64,000 nt of DNA from Takakia lepidozioides (Eukaryota > Plantae > Bryophyta). Location of the stretch: the NCBI GenBank assembly GCA_030704615.1, contig CM060732.1:72292001-72356000 (forward strand). Reading direction: 5' to 3'. Numbering within the stretch: the stretch's first letter is position 1; each line of letters starts with the position of its first letter. Positions 12,001 through 23,517 of this stretch are shown one piece after another. A model generated the notes under the pieces. The model saw only the letters and a program-made list of their open reading frames with translations, was not told the origin of the DNA and searched no databases. The position numbers and the translations under genes are program-made.

Positions 12001-15000
12001 TCGGAATCCTTACATACACTTCTGTAGGACAACAGAAGACAGTATCAAAAACCCATCCTAGCAACTCGTGGTAGAAGCCAGAATTTCGCCAACCAACTGG
12101 CAGAGGAAATCCTCATTTCCATGTTCCTCTCCTAGTTGTCAGAGTGCTGAAGAAGCTATGGAAACAAGCAAATCCTTAGTGAACTTAAAGAGTTAGCTTG
12201 TACACGTCTCCCTGCAGCAACATAAACAATTACTAGGCTCCCCAACCATTACATATCTAAAAACACAAAACCGATGAATGGACAACATAAGATAGCATGA
12301 CATGAGTATCAGGTCCTACGTAAGCAAACCTGTAGCTGGTCTACCAAGCCTCGATACCGCTCAAGCTCACTCTGCAGATATTGCACTTGATTCGTCAGTG
12401 ACAGATATGGCCGGGATGACAACATCCGCTGTTCATCCTCCAGTAAATCCTGCAACAGACAAAATGCACCATAAAGTCAACGGATGTGTGGAACTAGGAC
12501 GTACAGATTGTGGCATTTGGCTTGACGAAGCAATCAGGTTAAGTATGGCAACTAGTAGAACAATAATCATTCACGGCATCAAGATGGTCAGCTGGGGTCA
12601 TGGCTACCGTGCTCCAAGTCACTGCCCGATGGCAATCAAGACAACCAACTCAATCTACTCAGATGTTGACGCTACACCCACTTCACAGATCTTTTCTGAA
12701 AACTCAATACCTTTTTCTCCCACTTAACCCAAATGCCCGGACTGTGGTGTTAATCTAACAAAGAGGGTGTGCGATCACAAATAAACCCCAAATTGTGTTT
12801 TGCGACCTCTCTGCATTGCATTCTGACAATTATCTCCAGCTCGAGTGCAAAAAAGGCTGAGAGGCCAACCTGCGCATGCTGCAGCTGTTGAGAAAGATTT
12901 AATTGTGTTTGCAGAGCATCCTCAAGTTCTTTCAGTCTTCGGCTGGCCATGTTCTATGCATGAGCCACACAATCAGTCAGTTCACTCATGATTGCACTTC
13001 AAAATTGTGTTCCTAGCCTTTGAAGACACTTCGAAGTCCAACTGGAAGGAAGATCTATGGCTGTGCCACCTCTCAATGAACAAAACATGTTCTCCACTTA
13101 CACAAACAATGAATGCCCTGCCTCGCACCACCCTCCCTATGAATTCCTACCACATTTGCAACTCGTGTGCATGAGAGATGATACAATCAGCATACCTTGG
13201 CTTCTTCCAATGCAGCCTCAAGCTCTCGTGCCTCCCTGGAGACCTTTTCAGGCCCCACAACTTGGTCCCCACATTCAACCTTTACTCCTGGCAGAGTGCT
13301 ACCTGGGGTGGGAGGTCCAACAACCATAGCCTCCTTCTGACTGCGGAGAGTTGCCATCTTGCGTCTGCATGTCTCCAGGTCAGCGGAGATCTCCTCCAGC
13401 TCACCTATGCAGTAACAGTGAGGGTTGAACATTTGCAACCATCTCCTTTATCCTCTCAAAGTCTCTCCCCATTTTTATTTAACTGACACGATGACAGTGT
13501 CATGGGTCAAGGTTGAAAGAAGAAAACACTGTTGATTCAGGTGTCCCAAAAAGATTTAGCTCCAATCAACAGCCTCAACATTCAAGCGTGCTCATGGCCA
13601 TTCTAACTTCAAGAAAACCAAAACATATAAGATAAAAAGAGCTGTTTACTCCATAGACTTCTGCAGCAAATGTAAGCCTTCACAGGTTTGGTTCTCCTCA
13701 AGCTCACTGCCATCTAGACCTCTGTATTAGTCTGGGTCCATTTTACAGTCCCACGTATATTCTTGCTGGAGGCCCCCAAGAGGCCAATTTTAACACCTCT
13801 AAGGTACATGGCAAGAGAGTAAGGAGAGTTCAGTACAGATTGAGCTTGAATAAGCAACAAGAGAGAGAATGTGAAGTGTACCTTTTAGACTCTTGATTTC
13901 TGCCTGATCCTTCGCATGACTATCTCGATAGGATCCCACCTCAGCTGAAATTTCTTTGTGCTTTAAATGAAGAGCATCCATGACAGCTCGCAGTTTCCCC
14001 ATCTCAGCCCGTAACTCCTCATTTGACTTCTGTAACAATCGTCCTGCCTCTGCCAGAATAATTGCATGATCCATAACCCTTGCTCTTAACTTCATGAACC
14101 AACTTTGGTCTTCTGAGGAGAAACAGCACTGAGAGGCAAAATAGAAACTGGATAGGTAATCCCATGGACCACACCATAACTCATAAAAGAGAGTCAAAGA
14201 GATGATTTTGCAATGATGCTTTTGAGACTTTTCTTTACAACGAAGTGCAAGAATGCAAACAGAGTACCCAACTAAGTAAGTTTTGCCCTTGAGGGAAAAC
14301 CTGGCAAATCAGCTTATCCAATGGAATAACAACTTTCTGCAGGCTTGATTCTGGAAAATAACTAACCATCTGCAAACAGGGTGTTGCTAAACAACGCAGC
14401 AAGCTCCTCGTTCTTCATTCGCTGAAGATCAATAGCTTGAACCAGGCACTTCATGGTCTTCACAGTGGCAGCCTTTCGCATGGCTAGCCCTGTCTCGATG
14501 GCATGATTATTGCTGTCTTCTGTTGTGCTACTCTCTGTCGCTCCCCTGTCCAGAAGCCGTTGCAAAAAAGTATCTTCAGGAGCCACTGAGGCATTGACCC
14601 TTTCTGCACCCTCAATCGCCGTACTTTGATGAATATTCCGACAAGCTTACTAACAAATGAAGCAAAGTCTTCAGACAGTGGGAGAAATGTACTATTTTGA
14701 TGAGAACAGCAAGATTCCAATCTGCACAACCCTGTTTGACACATGAGATGGACACAGAACTTCTAGAATTTATTGACAGGTTTAGTGCACACATTTACAC
14801 AATAAAAGACGATTGAATTTGTTAAATGCATGCTAATGGGCAACTATGTTTCCTATTGTGGTTCAATTCATCTCCTTCGCAGTCCGTACCATGTACAGCA
14901 AGTATGATTGTTTCGCAGTCGAAGTCCCATCACACTTACTACAGAACGAGGGACAATTGGTCATTCCGAGACACTTATAGGCAGAACACCCTGCTTACGA

Positions 15001-16685
15001 AACTAGTATTTCTAGCTGCATAAGATACGGGCTTCCAACACAGGGCAGGGAAAGAAGGGATGGAGGTTAAATGCTCATTCGGTTCAACCAAACCCTCGTT
15101 TGCATCTCAAAGGCCAAAACTTGCATTCTGTTCAGAGAGAAAGGAATTACATGGGACCTAGGGCACAGTGACATGCACTTCAGAAAAGAGCACAGAAGAT
15201 TCGAACACCATGACCCTCAAGAAACCTTAAACATATACCTTCTTTGTTTGACATAAGTATCACTTGAGAGATTGGCCATGGGGGGTCCAGGAAATTAGAA
15301 TACTTGCCTTTGGTGGCTGTCGGTTCCAGTACCCGAATGCCATTAGTAGCGGCATTTGAACGGACTGCAAGCAACTCCAAGTCATCCACCAGCTGTGGCA
15401 GACAACACTTGTCATGTAAAAACCTTCACACCTCAAATAAAACCTATTTGCTCTCCTGCCACTCTAACACAAACTTTGGAGACCCCTCACAAAAACGGTC
15501 ACAAAAGCAGTACAAAAAGAAGACCTGATTCCAAACACGATTGACAGTCATGAGAGTATCGTCATAGGAGGCCTGCTTGCTCTTGAGTTGGTTAAATTTT
15601 CCCTCCAGGACACTGATTTCATTGCGTTGAACATCCAGCTGCTGTGCGAGCTTGTGGTTCTGATACTGCAGCATTGCTGCATCCACCTGCATCCTCTTAC
15701 CAAATGCAAACTCCCACTCAAAACCTCCCATTACGGACAGGACAACCTACATTGTAAACACTACTACATGCACAGAAGCAGAGCATATTACGATGTCCAG
15801 AATTAAGCAATTCTCAAAGCAAAAATATGAATCCAGGACTGAAGTCACTTAACACATAACAGGAATATTGCAGGGCAGTAGAGGGAATTCTTGGCAACAG
15901 AGCAAACAAGTCTCGCTCTGTAATGCTCAATAAATAAGCGTGAATAATCTCCATCGACACAAACTACACACTCGCAAAAAACAGCGCCTCTAGAAACCAC
16001 TCAGATACACAAGCCTAAGGTGGGGCAGAATAAAAACTCCGATGAATTTGTAGACCATTTCAGCTTCAGGGCTGTATGCAACCAAGAAGAACAGTATCAA
16101 CTGGTTCACCCGGAAACAGGATAGAGAGACCGACCACCACTCAACCTTCCATGTGCAACGCAAATATACTGGCTAATCTTGAAGACTGGCTAAAAAATCT
16201 GGCACAAAGGGGTGTAAGAGAAAGAAGTATCCGGGCGTTTCAAGCATATCGCCACACTCTCATGAATAATCTGGTGCACAATCCGAACAAACTAAGGACA
16301 CATTACAAGATACCACATCTTTCAGCAACACAAGACTGTCAAACAAAAGCTCTGACCTGTTTAGTGCCACGAAAGGCTGTGTTAGAAGAAAACCATCCAA
16401 TGCTGCCACGGGAGCACGGGGTACCTAGATAACAGTTAAACGGAGAGTGGCAGGCAGGAAACCTTACAAGTCAACCTATCCAGGCACTCGTGTCACTGAA
16501 ACGGAGACACGGCACAAACTTCTGTATAACCTAAGTTTGAAGAGCTCACCTACACAAGCAAAAGCTGTTACCTTCTTTTCATCGGAAGACGGTATAACTG
16601 ATGGCTTCTTGAGGGGAGGAGAGCCAGAATGGTTATGGTTGTTGAGGTGGCGCCTCTTGCGCTCCGGTTCCTCTGTGCTTCCCAT
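6089..16685 (-). CDS. HUB1: E3 ubiquitin ligase BRE1-like / HISTONE MONO-UBIQUITINATION (multi-exon)
   Basis: Exon 1 16685-16572 (MGSTEEPERKRRH...). Exon 2 15686-15525 (VDAAMLQYQNHKLAQQL...). Exon 3 15392-15308. A long run of coiled-coil exons follows, including YIAEIETIGQAYEDMQSQNQRLLQQITERDDYN. The C-terminal C3HC4 RING is split over the last two exons: KCSVCHDRPKE|VVITKCYHLFCSPCIQRNLEIRHRKCPGCGVPFGQNDVRNVYI*. Confidence 0.93.
10436..11989 (+). mobile_element. 5'-truncated non-LTR retrotransposon (LINE; RTE/RTEX-like) in a HUB1 intron
   Basis: Degenerate RT: KKAYDTVWRDGLW...QGVAQGCALSPLLFDVLIN...LMFTDDFA, with stops and frameshifts. The 3' end ...GGCAAACAACGTCTTATGAGTACA is shared with the copy at 23.5-24.6 kb. 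Possible short TSD CTACCC. Confidence 0.85.
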
Positions 16686-17624
16686 GCTGCCCCGGCCCTG
16701 GCCTTGGAGTGCATTATCAGTCGCTATCTTTGCCAGTCGCGACTTTACGGGCCGCGCTATCTCCAGTTCGCCGTTTGAAAACCCTCCCCCTCCACCTGCC
16801 TAAAATTCCCAAACCCTTGCACTGCTTCTCTCTCATGCATCGCACATACTACTGCACAATGGTCACCAAAAGCCTCACTCCAGTCATGTGTCACCAACGC
16901 GGGACAAACCGCTGCTTCTTGAGGCTTTAAATAAGGTCGACACCTTAAGCCATGCCGCAAGAGCACCAACCAGCCATTCATTCAAGCAACCACACACCCA
17001 CAACTTCCATCACTTTCCAACCAATCTCTGCCAAAACTCTTCCACGTGCACACAGCGCCACCTGCAGAGCAAATCAGGTCGGCAGCTATGGCATCCCGAG
17101 ATTGTGGAGAGCGAACATTGGGAAATCGAGAGAGAGAGGGAGACGGGGAGGAGGGGAACCTCCCGGTTGCTCCAACGCATGCCTCCCCTCTTCCCTCCAT
17201 GTCGAGGACGCGCCCACCGGCTACACCGGTCGTCTTACCTCCCATTCACTCTATGCCCCGCGTGGACACCGCCTTCATACACTGTGCCACCGGCTTACCA
17301 CCGGCACCCAGAGGCTGCCACATTTCAGTCGGTCACCGGCGATCACCGGCTGGCTACAGGAGAGCAGTACAGTGTGGTGACCGGAAGGGCGTGGGCTCGT
17401 GGACGGATGATGCTCATCTCTGTAACCGATCATTCGTCTATCGGTCTCCGAGCCTTAAGAACCGCCCGATGTGGGAAGATTCGACGGCTCCGATGTAGCT
17501 TCCGGAAACATCTACAAGACACGTTCACACAAGACGTTCGGTGGTTTCATCTCTTCTTTAGGTTTTTGTGATTCCAAAGAGATTCAAGCTTGTGGATGCT
17601 CATCGCTCACATTAAGTGTGAGCG

Positions 17625-18603
17625 ATGGCAGAAGATATTGTCAAGCACAGAGACTTGTTGCAGTGGGCGGGATCGGTTGGGATTACAGACTCCCCGCCTT
17701 CGTCATCGCTGGCAGCTATTCGATTGCAAGATCAGGCATTTTGTCTAGGATTCTCCCTGCAAATTGCAACATTTCCAGATGCGGGCGGGTGCTTGTTCTA
17801 TCCACTTATGCAGGCTTATAAGGTTGTAGAGGAGGTGGGTGAGAGAGGATCCTACATAGTTTTCATTGTATTGTCTGAAGGCTTTTTGTACTGTATTTTC
17901 TCTTTTGCTTGTTCGTTTACGTGCTGAACACTACTCCTTCAGGCCCTTCACTAGACACGATGCAGATCAAAAGAGGGAAGACAGGCTCGAAGCTTTGAGA
18001 AATGGGCATTCGGAGTAACTGAACCCTGCGTACAAATGAGAATTCAACCTGAACCAGTTACAGCTTCTGTAGCGAAGCGTTTTGGCATGTAAAAATTAAA
18101 AGCACCATCGGCATTGCAACTTGATATGTTTATTCACCAGTCATCGTTGTTGGACAACAATCAGGCACGGAAACTGTTCACATAATGATGTCGTATTATC
18201 ATATGAACACTGATTTTCCCAAGTGTTCTTCCATAAGCGGGTAATCATAGCTGTGGCCCCGGGTATGTCAATACTGGTGAGTGGCTGAGGCTTGATCTCA
18301 TAGTGTGTCTTTTGACAGCTTGGGACCAAAGGGACCTCTTTCATTACAGGGGAATTGAACTTGAACAGTGTACAATTTTGGTGAACGGAAATGAGAGTGA
18401 TAGGGGGAGAGGTGCGGGATGGCATATAATATACATATATATTGTAATGCTTGGCCACAATACAGATGCAAGAGTTCCTTGTGAATCTCGACTCCATGGC
18501 CCCTTTGAGTGAGAACCGGAACAACCATACCTCTCCCAGCCATCTGTTACCTCTTTTCGAAACTTAGCATTGGCCTAACCAGCCAAACCACAATTGTGTG
18601 AGG

Positions 18604-18658
<55 letters not shown>

Positions 18659-21600
18659 TGAGAGGGCTGATAAGTCCATATCACACTAACCGAGATGGAT
18701 TCTGGGTGACAGGAGAGGGCTGGCGGCCAACCGCAACCTTACTACAGGAGACTTGATACTTCGAGTTCCCGAGGTAGCACTCATGAGTGTGCGCAGCGCA
18801 TGGAAGGACCCTAAATTGGCACTGGCATTATCCCCCTTCCCCTCCTTGTCATCGGAACAGGTTGGAACTCTCCCTCTCTTCACCACAAGTTGCCAAAATG
18901 AAGTCTCTGTAGGTGCACAGAGGACTTTATGGTTTCGACGCAATCAATGTTGTTGGGCCCTTTTCCCCCATGAAATTGTGATACATGATTGTTTTGCAAC
19001 AGCATTCCTGTGTCAATCTTTTTTTAGATTTGTACTGAATTAAAAGTTACTGTGGTCAGGTTGTTGACACAAAAATGTGACTTGACTCCTTGGTTATATA
19101 AATCCACCGGCTAATATAAGCACCACCCAAATGGGATCAGGCGTTAAATCAAACACCCGCTACATCTAGCACTGTTAAGTTAGTATCACGGTCTAGAAAC
19201 CTTTAGGATGCCACAACAATGTCAGTCCAATCATTTACACCTTTTTACTCTTTATTCGACGGCTAGTTACTACCTTCATTACAGCACCTCAGTTGAGTTT
19301 AGATCAAACTTATTTTGCAAGCTTTCCTTTCCTAATATTGCTTCCCCTGTATTTCCAGAGTCCCATAGGTTGCATGATCATAAAAGAAAACCGTTGAATC
19401 TTGTGTCAGGACTTTGGTCTTACAGCTGTTGTGTCTCTGATGGGTGCAAACTGTTACCCTGGGCCAGGTGCTGACTGCACATTTATTGCATGAGGTGGCA
19501 AAAGGCCGCAAATCAATGTGGTATCCCTACTTACTGCATCTTCCACGTGTACATCACACTTTGGCACATTTCTCCTCACTGGAGGCCCAGGCATTGCAGG
19601 TATAATGTTCTTGGATTGTCAAGTCCAAAACATTTGTCATTTGTCAACTGTTCATGCATCTTGCAAGATTCTAATTAGCGTCCATCTCAGCTTTTTTGGG
19701 GCAGAACATATTTTCTCTGAAATTATCCAGAGATGAATGCCAAGTCAGAACTATAGTCCATATGAAAGTCAGGAGAGAGAATGGAAAATTTGCTTAGCTC
19801 TGATTACAGGTCTGATTGACCTCTAACTTCATAATAAAATAAGATGTTGATCCCAATACTGCTGTGCAGCCCTGAAATATATATGGGGTTGTGTTAGCTG
19901 TGCTCGCAGTCACACAGTAGTGAGAAAAGGCCAGGATGTGTATAGGAGGAGAGGACGAAGGAAATGGAGATGTGGAAACCGGTTGCTAGCGTTTGATGCC
20001 ATGGATTTTGCAAGGGGAGCTCATTCTTTAGTATGTACTTCTTCAGTTGCCCATTTGACTTCCTAAGACAGGACGTGGACTCAAATGCTACAACTCTTGT
20101 TTTGAAAGTGACTTGAAAGCGTAACCAGTTCACTGTAAATGTGAAAGTATTCATAATTACTGTCATAATGTAGATCTAGGTTTCTGGGAAGCTGATCACT
20201 TCCTTCTGATTTGGCAGGTCGAGGATGCCATGGGGATCGCAGAATGGGCAGCTAAGAAAGCTCATCGAGATTGGAAAGAAACCCAGCCTCTGATAGAGAA
20301 GCTTGGTTTGGTTCACCGATTTGCTTTACTGCAGGCCTGGCTATGGGCCTCTGCCACCGTACGTGGGTACCTCTTGCTCCCCTTACCTCTCCTTGTGTAT
20401 GTGTTTGTTGTAACTCATGCGCGTGGCTCCAGGAGGGTAGGATTTTTACTATCTGGATGATAGTTGCTGCCAGGTATCTTCACGCACCCTTTTTGTTCCA
20501 TGGGATGAGGCTGGCACGTTGTGCCCAGTTGGTGACTTCTTCAACTATGCCCCTCCTGGACAGTCATCAGTTGATCCAGCGTCTGTGATAACTACCAAGG
20601 ATCCACAAGCAGCTGGAAAAGCTTCTAATCTTGGAGTCACGTCTTCGTCCTCTGATGCTGGAGGAGTCAATAGTCAACCTGAGATGGTGCTGGCTCAAGA
20701 AAAGGGGAATGATGGCAATTTTCCTGGACAGAATTCTTTCAGTGGAGGCGAATGGGAGGCAGATTTGGACAATGGTGCAGGCGTGGAGGTCTGTGAACGA
20801 CTTCGAGATGGGGGGTTTGAGGCTGAGTGTGGAGAGTATTGTTTTTATGCTCGGGAGAACTACCGGAAAGGCCAGCAGGTGCAATTCCGACTAAGAATTG
20901 CTTACAGCTCTAGTGATGTGTTACCACTGGACGCAACTGTAGCTGGTTTCTGGTTCAATTTCCAGAAGCAATGATCCATCAAACTCAGTTTGAGTCTTGG
21001 GCTGGTGGCCTATGTTGAATGCTTACCTGGTGCTTCACCCAATCATGCACAGGGCCACCTCTTTGCCAAACTGGTCACAGAGGAGGAATCAATTGAATCC
21101 TAAGCTAGGACAAAGAACAGTCGACACCTAGTACCCACCTTCTAACAAGAGGCAGTGGCTTTACCACCTGAAGGAGCACACTTCGGTTGGCTCATCCTGT
21201 CATTCCCTTCTCATTCTACGATGGGATCAATGTCTAGACTAATGTGGGTAATTGTTGATCTTGCAGGTGCTCTTGTGCTATGGTGAGTATACCAACCTGG
21301 AGCTGCTTGAACACTACGGCTTTCTGCTCCCAAACAACCCCAATGACAGGGTTCACCTTGGCTTGCCTGACCCTTGTGAACTCGGCTCCGTCAAATCGTT
21401 TCATTTGGGGGATGGATCTCTGTCTTGTCAACCATTCTTACTGAAGGATCTATACATCAACGTGGATGGAAGGCCATCCTTCTCACTGTTAGGATCGTTG
21501 CGCCTCCAAGCTGCCCCTCTGTCCTTAAGGAAGTCCCGGGGCCACTTGGCATTCTCCGGTTTGCAGCTCTCGCGTGAATCTGATGTGGCCATATACCAGT

Positions 21601-22019
21601 GGTTGATAAAGAAGTGCCAGACAATCTTGACAAGCTTCCCCACAGGCATTGAAGAGGACCAGATTTTGGTAAGACTTATTGGAGATTGCCAGTCGGCTGA
21701 GACCCTATCAAAGTTGTGGGACTTAATTGTTTCCCAAGATTATAAGGGCAGTGAGCCGTCATGCCCACTGCTAGAGGAGTGGGAAAGTATTTCAAAAGAA
21801 GTGCAGGCTAAAATTCTAGATGAACTGCAGAAGTTCAAGGCATTGTCCTCTGCTGAAGGAAAGATATCTAGGGGTAGAGTATTTCATGCAGGAGATCCCA
21901 AGTTTGAGAGATGGAAGCTAGCAGTGCAATGGCGGTTGGGTTATAAGAAGATTCTGGACCGCAGCATCTCGCATTCTTTGCGTAGGCTTGATCATTTGCG
22001 AAACAGCTCTGTTAATTGA
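17625..22019 (+). CDS. SDG40: SET-domain protein lysine methyltransferase, SDG40-like (6 exons)
   Basis: Exons begin ~17625 (LLQWAGSVGITDS...CLGFSLQIATFPDAGG), ~18713 (RGLAANRNLTTGDLILRVPEVALM), ~19468 (LLHEVAKGRKSMWYPYLLHLP), ~20218 (QAWLWASAT), ~20473 (VSSRTLFVPWDEAGTLCPVGDFFNY...RLRDGGFE) and ~21267-22019 (VLLCYGEYTNLELLEHYGF). These match the Arabidopsis SDG40 family motif by motif. Confidence 0.9.
18604..18660. repeat. Compound (GT)n(GA)n microsatellite in SDG40 intron 1
   Basis: Directly visible. Confidence 0.95.
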
Positions 22020-23072
22020 TAAATACATGTTTGCAATTCAGAAGCAAACTAGTTCTCCATGCGCATCTTGCGCAGTTTGCATGTCGACTGCCTCATCCAT
22101 GGCAGGGTGATGTCCTTGTGTCTCTTGTATCTTTCCGGTCCCAAACAAGCACTCAGTAAAGGTTCCTTTGTGAAACTAAACAGCCTGGGCATAGCTGTGT
22201 GCATGGTATCTGTTATCTGTGAAGCAAAACAGCAAGAAGCACCTAAAGCTGAAGGGGCAGGGGCAAGGCTTTTCAAAACCTGTCTTACCACATAGGTCAG
22301 ATTCCGTGTGAAGCGAAAGGTGGAAGAAAGACAAAACCGATGAAAATGAGGTTTGAAAAATTTTACCGCCTTTTTTACAGAGCGGAAACTGTCCAATACT
22401 AAAAGGGGACAGCCCTCGCAGGATGCGATGGCCTGCATGAAAGAGAAGGCAGAGACGGAAAAGAGGAAAGGCAGGCTCCGAGCACTTCATCTTCCGATCA
22501 TGCCATCTTCCATGTAAGAGAGGGTTTCAAGCGAAGGGCAGATTTGTGGCGGACATATCAAACTAGCAGCCCAAAAATTTTCGCTGCATGTTCCCAAGTT
22601 TTGAGGGCTTCCTCTCCATAACAAGGATGCGAGTTCTCGTTGCATGGCGACGTCGTATCTTTCTCTGAGATCGAGGTCATAGATAGTGAATGGTCTGGTT
22701 GAATGGTATTCTTTAGATAGATCTTGGACATAGTTATTCTCTCGTAAAATTTTAGGGCACAATTCCTCTTCCAGGTTGAGTTTTCATAGTCTCCTTGGTG
22801 ATGACATCTTTCTGCTTGAAGTTCAATCCTGAGTTGTGGATTGAGGTGAAGGTCAGTATCGAGCTAGTAGTTTCCCTAATCAGTGTTTCGGGTTCTCTTT
22901 TGCACTGCCTCTGATGTGCATGCGAGGGGTTCCTCTTCTCTCGAGTCTGTTACCCTGAAGGTGGCGTCAATGCGTAGTGGGATTATCACGTGTTCGTCTG
23001 CAGTTGAATCATCTTTGGTTTCCTTGCCGTCGGAGAATGAGAGGGCACTGGCCGGCCTGCCAGTTTCAATCG

Positions 23073-23474
23073 ATGTTGGCCATGCCGGTCTCACGATGTC
23101 CAGGGCGAGGCGGGGGCGACACGCGAATGTGGGATATGTATGTAGAGTATGCAGGTAGGGTCTCTGGCGCGCCAATTGGAACCTCCTTCGTTGATTAAGC
23201 TTCTGGATTTTAAGATATGTACAATCGGTTTCGTCTTTAGCACATAGACCATACGGACATAAACTTGCAATAGTTAGGTCAATGTGTTATGACTGGCAGA
23301 GTAGTCTTATGGAAATGGCCCTCGTTATATATGAAGTTGAATGGTGGTGACAGATATCTCGACAGCTGATGAGGTACCTAGTCGGATTAAAGCACGTCTT
23401 GCTGCTCTCTCAGCTTTGGCAGAATCCCAAGGTGTAACAGGGTATGTACAGACACACGTGCACACACACACACA

Positions 23475-23517
<43 letters not shown>

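Noticed and set aside
16888-17571. 227-aa ORF and overlapping ORFs between HUB1 and SDG40
   Set aside because: No recognisable domain. ORFs in several frames are expected in a GC-rich UTR/promoter.
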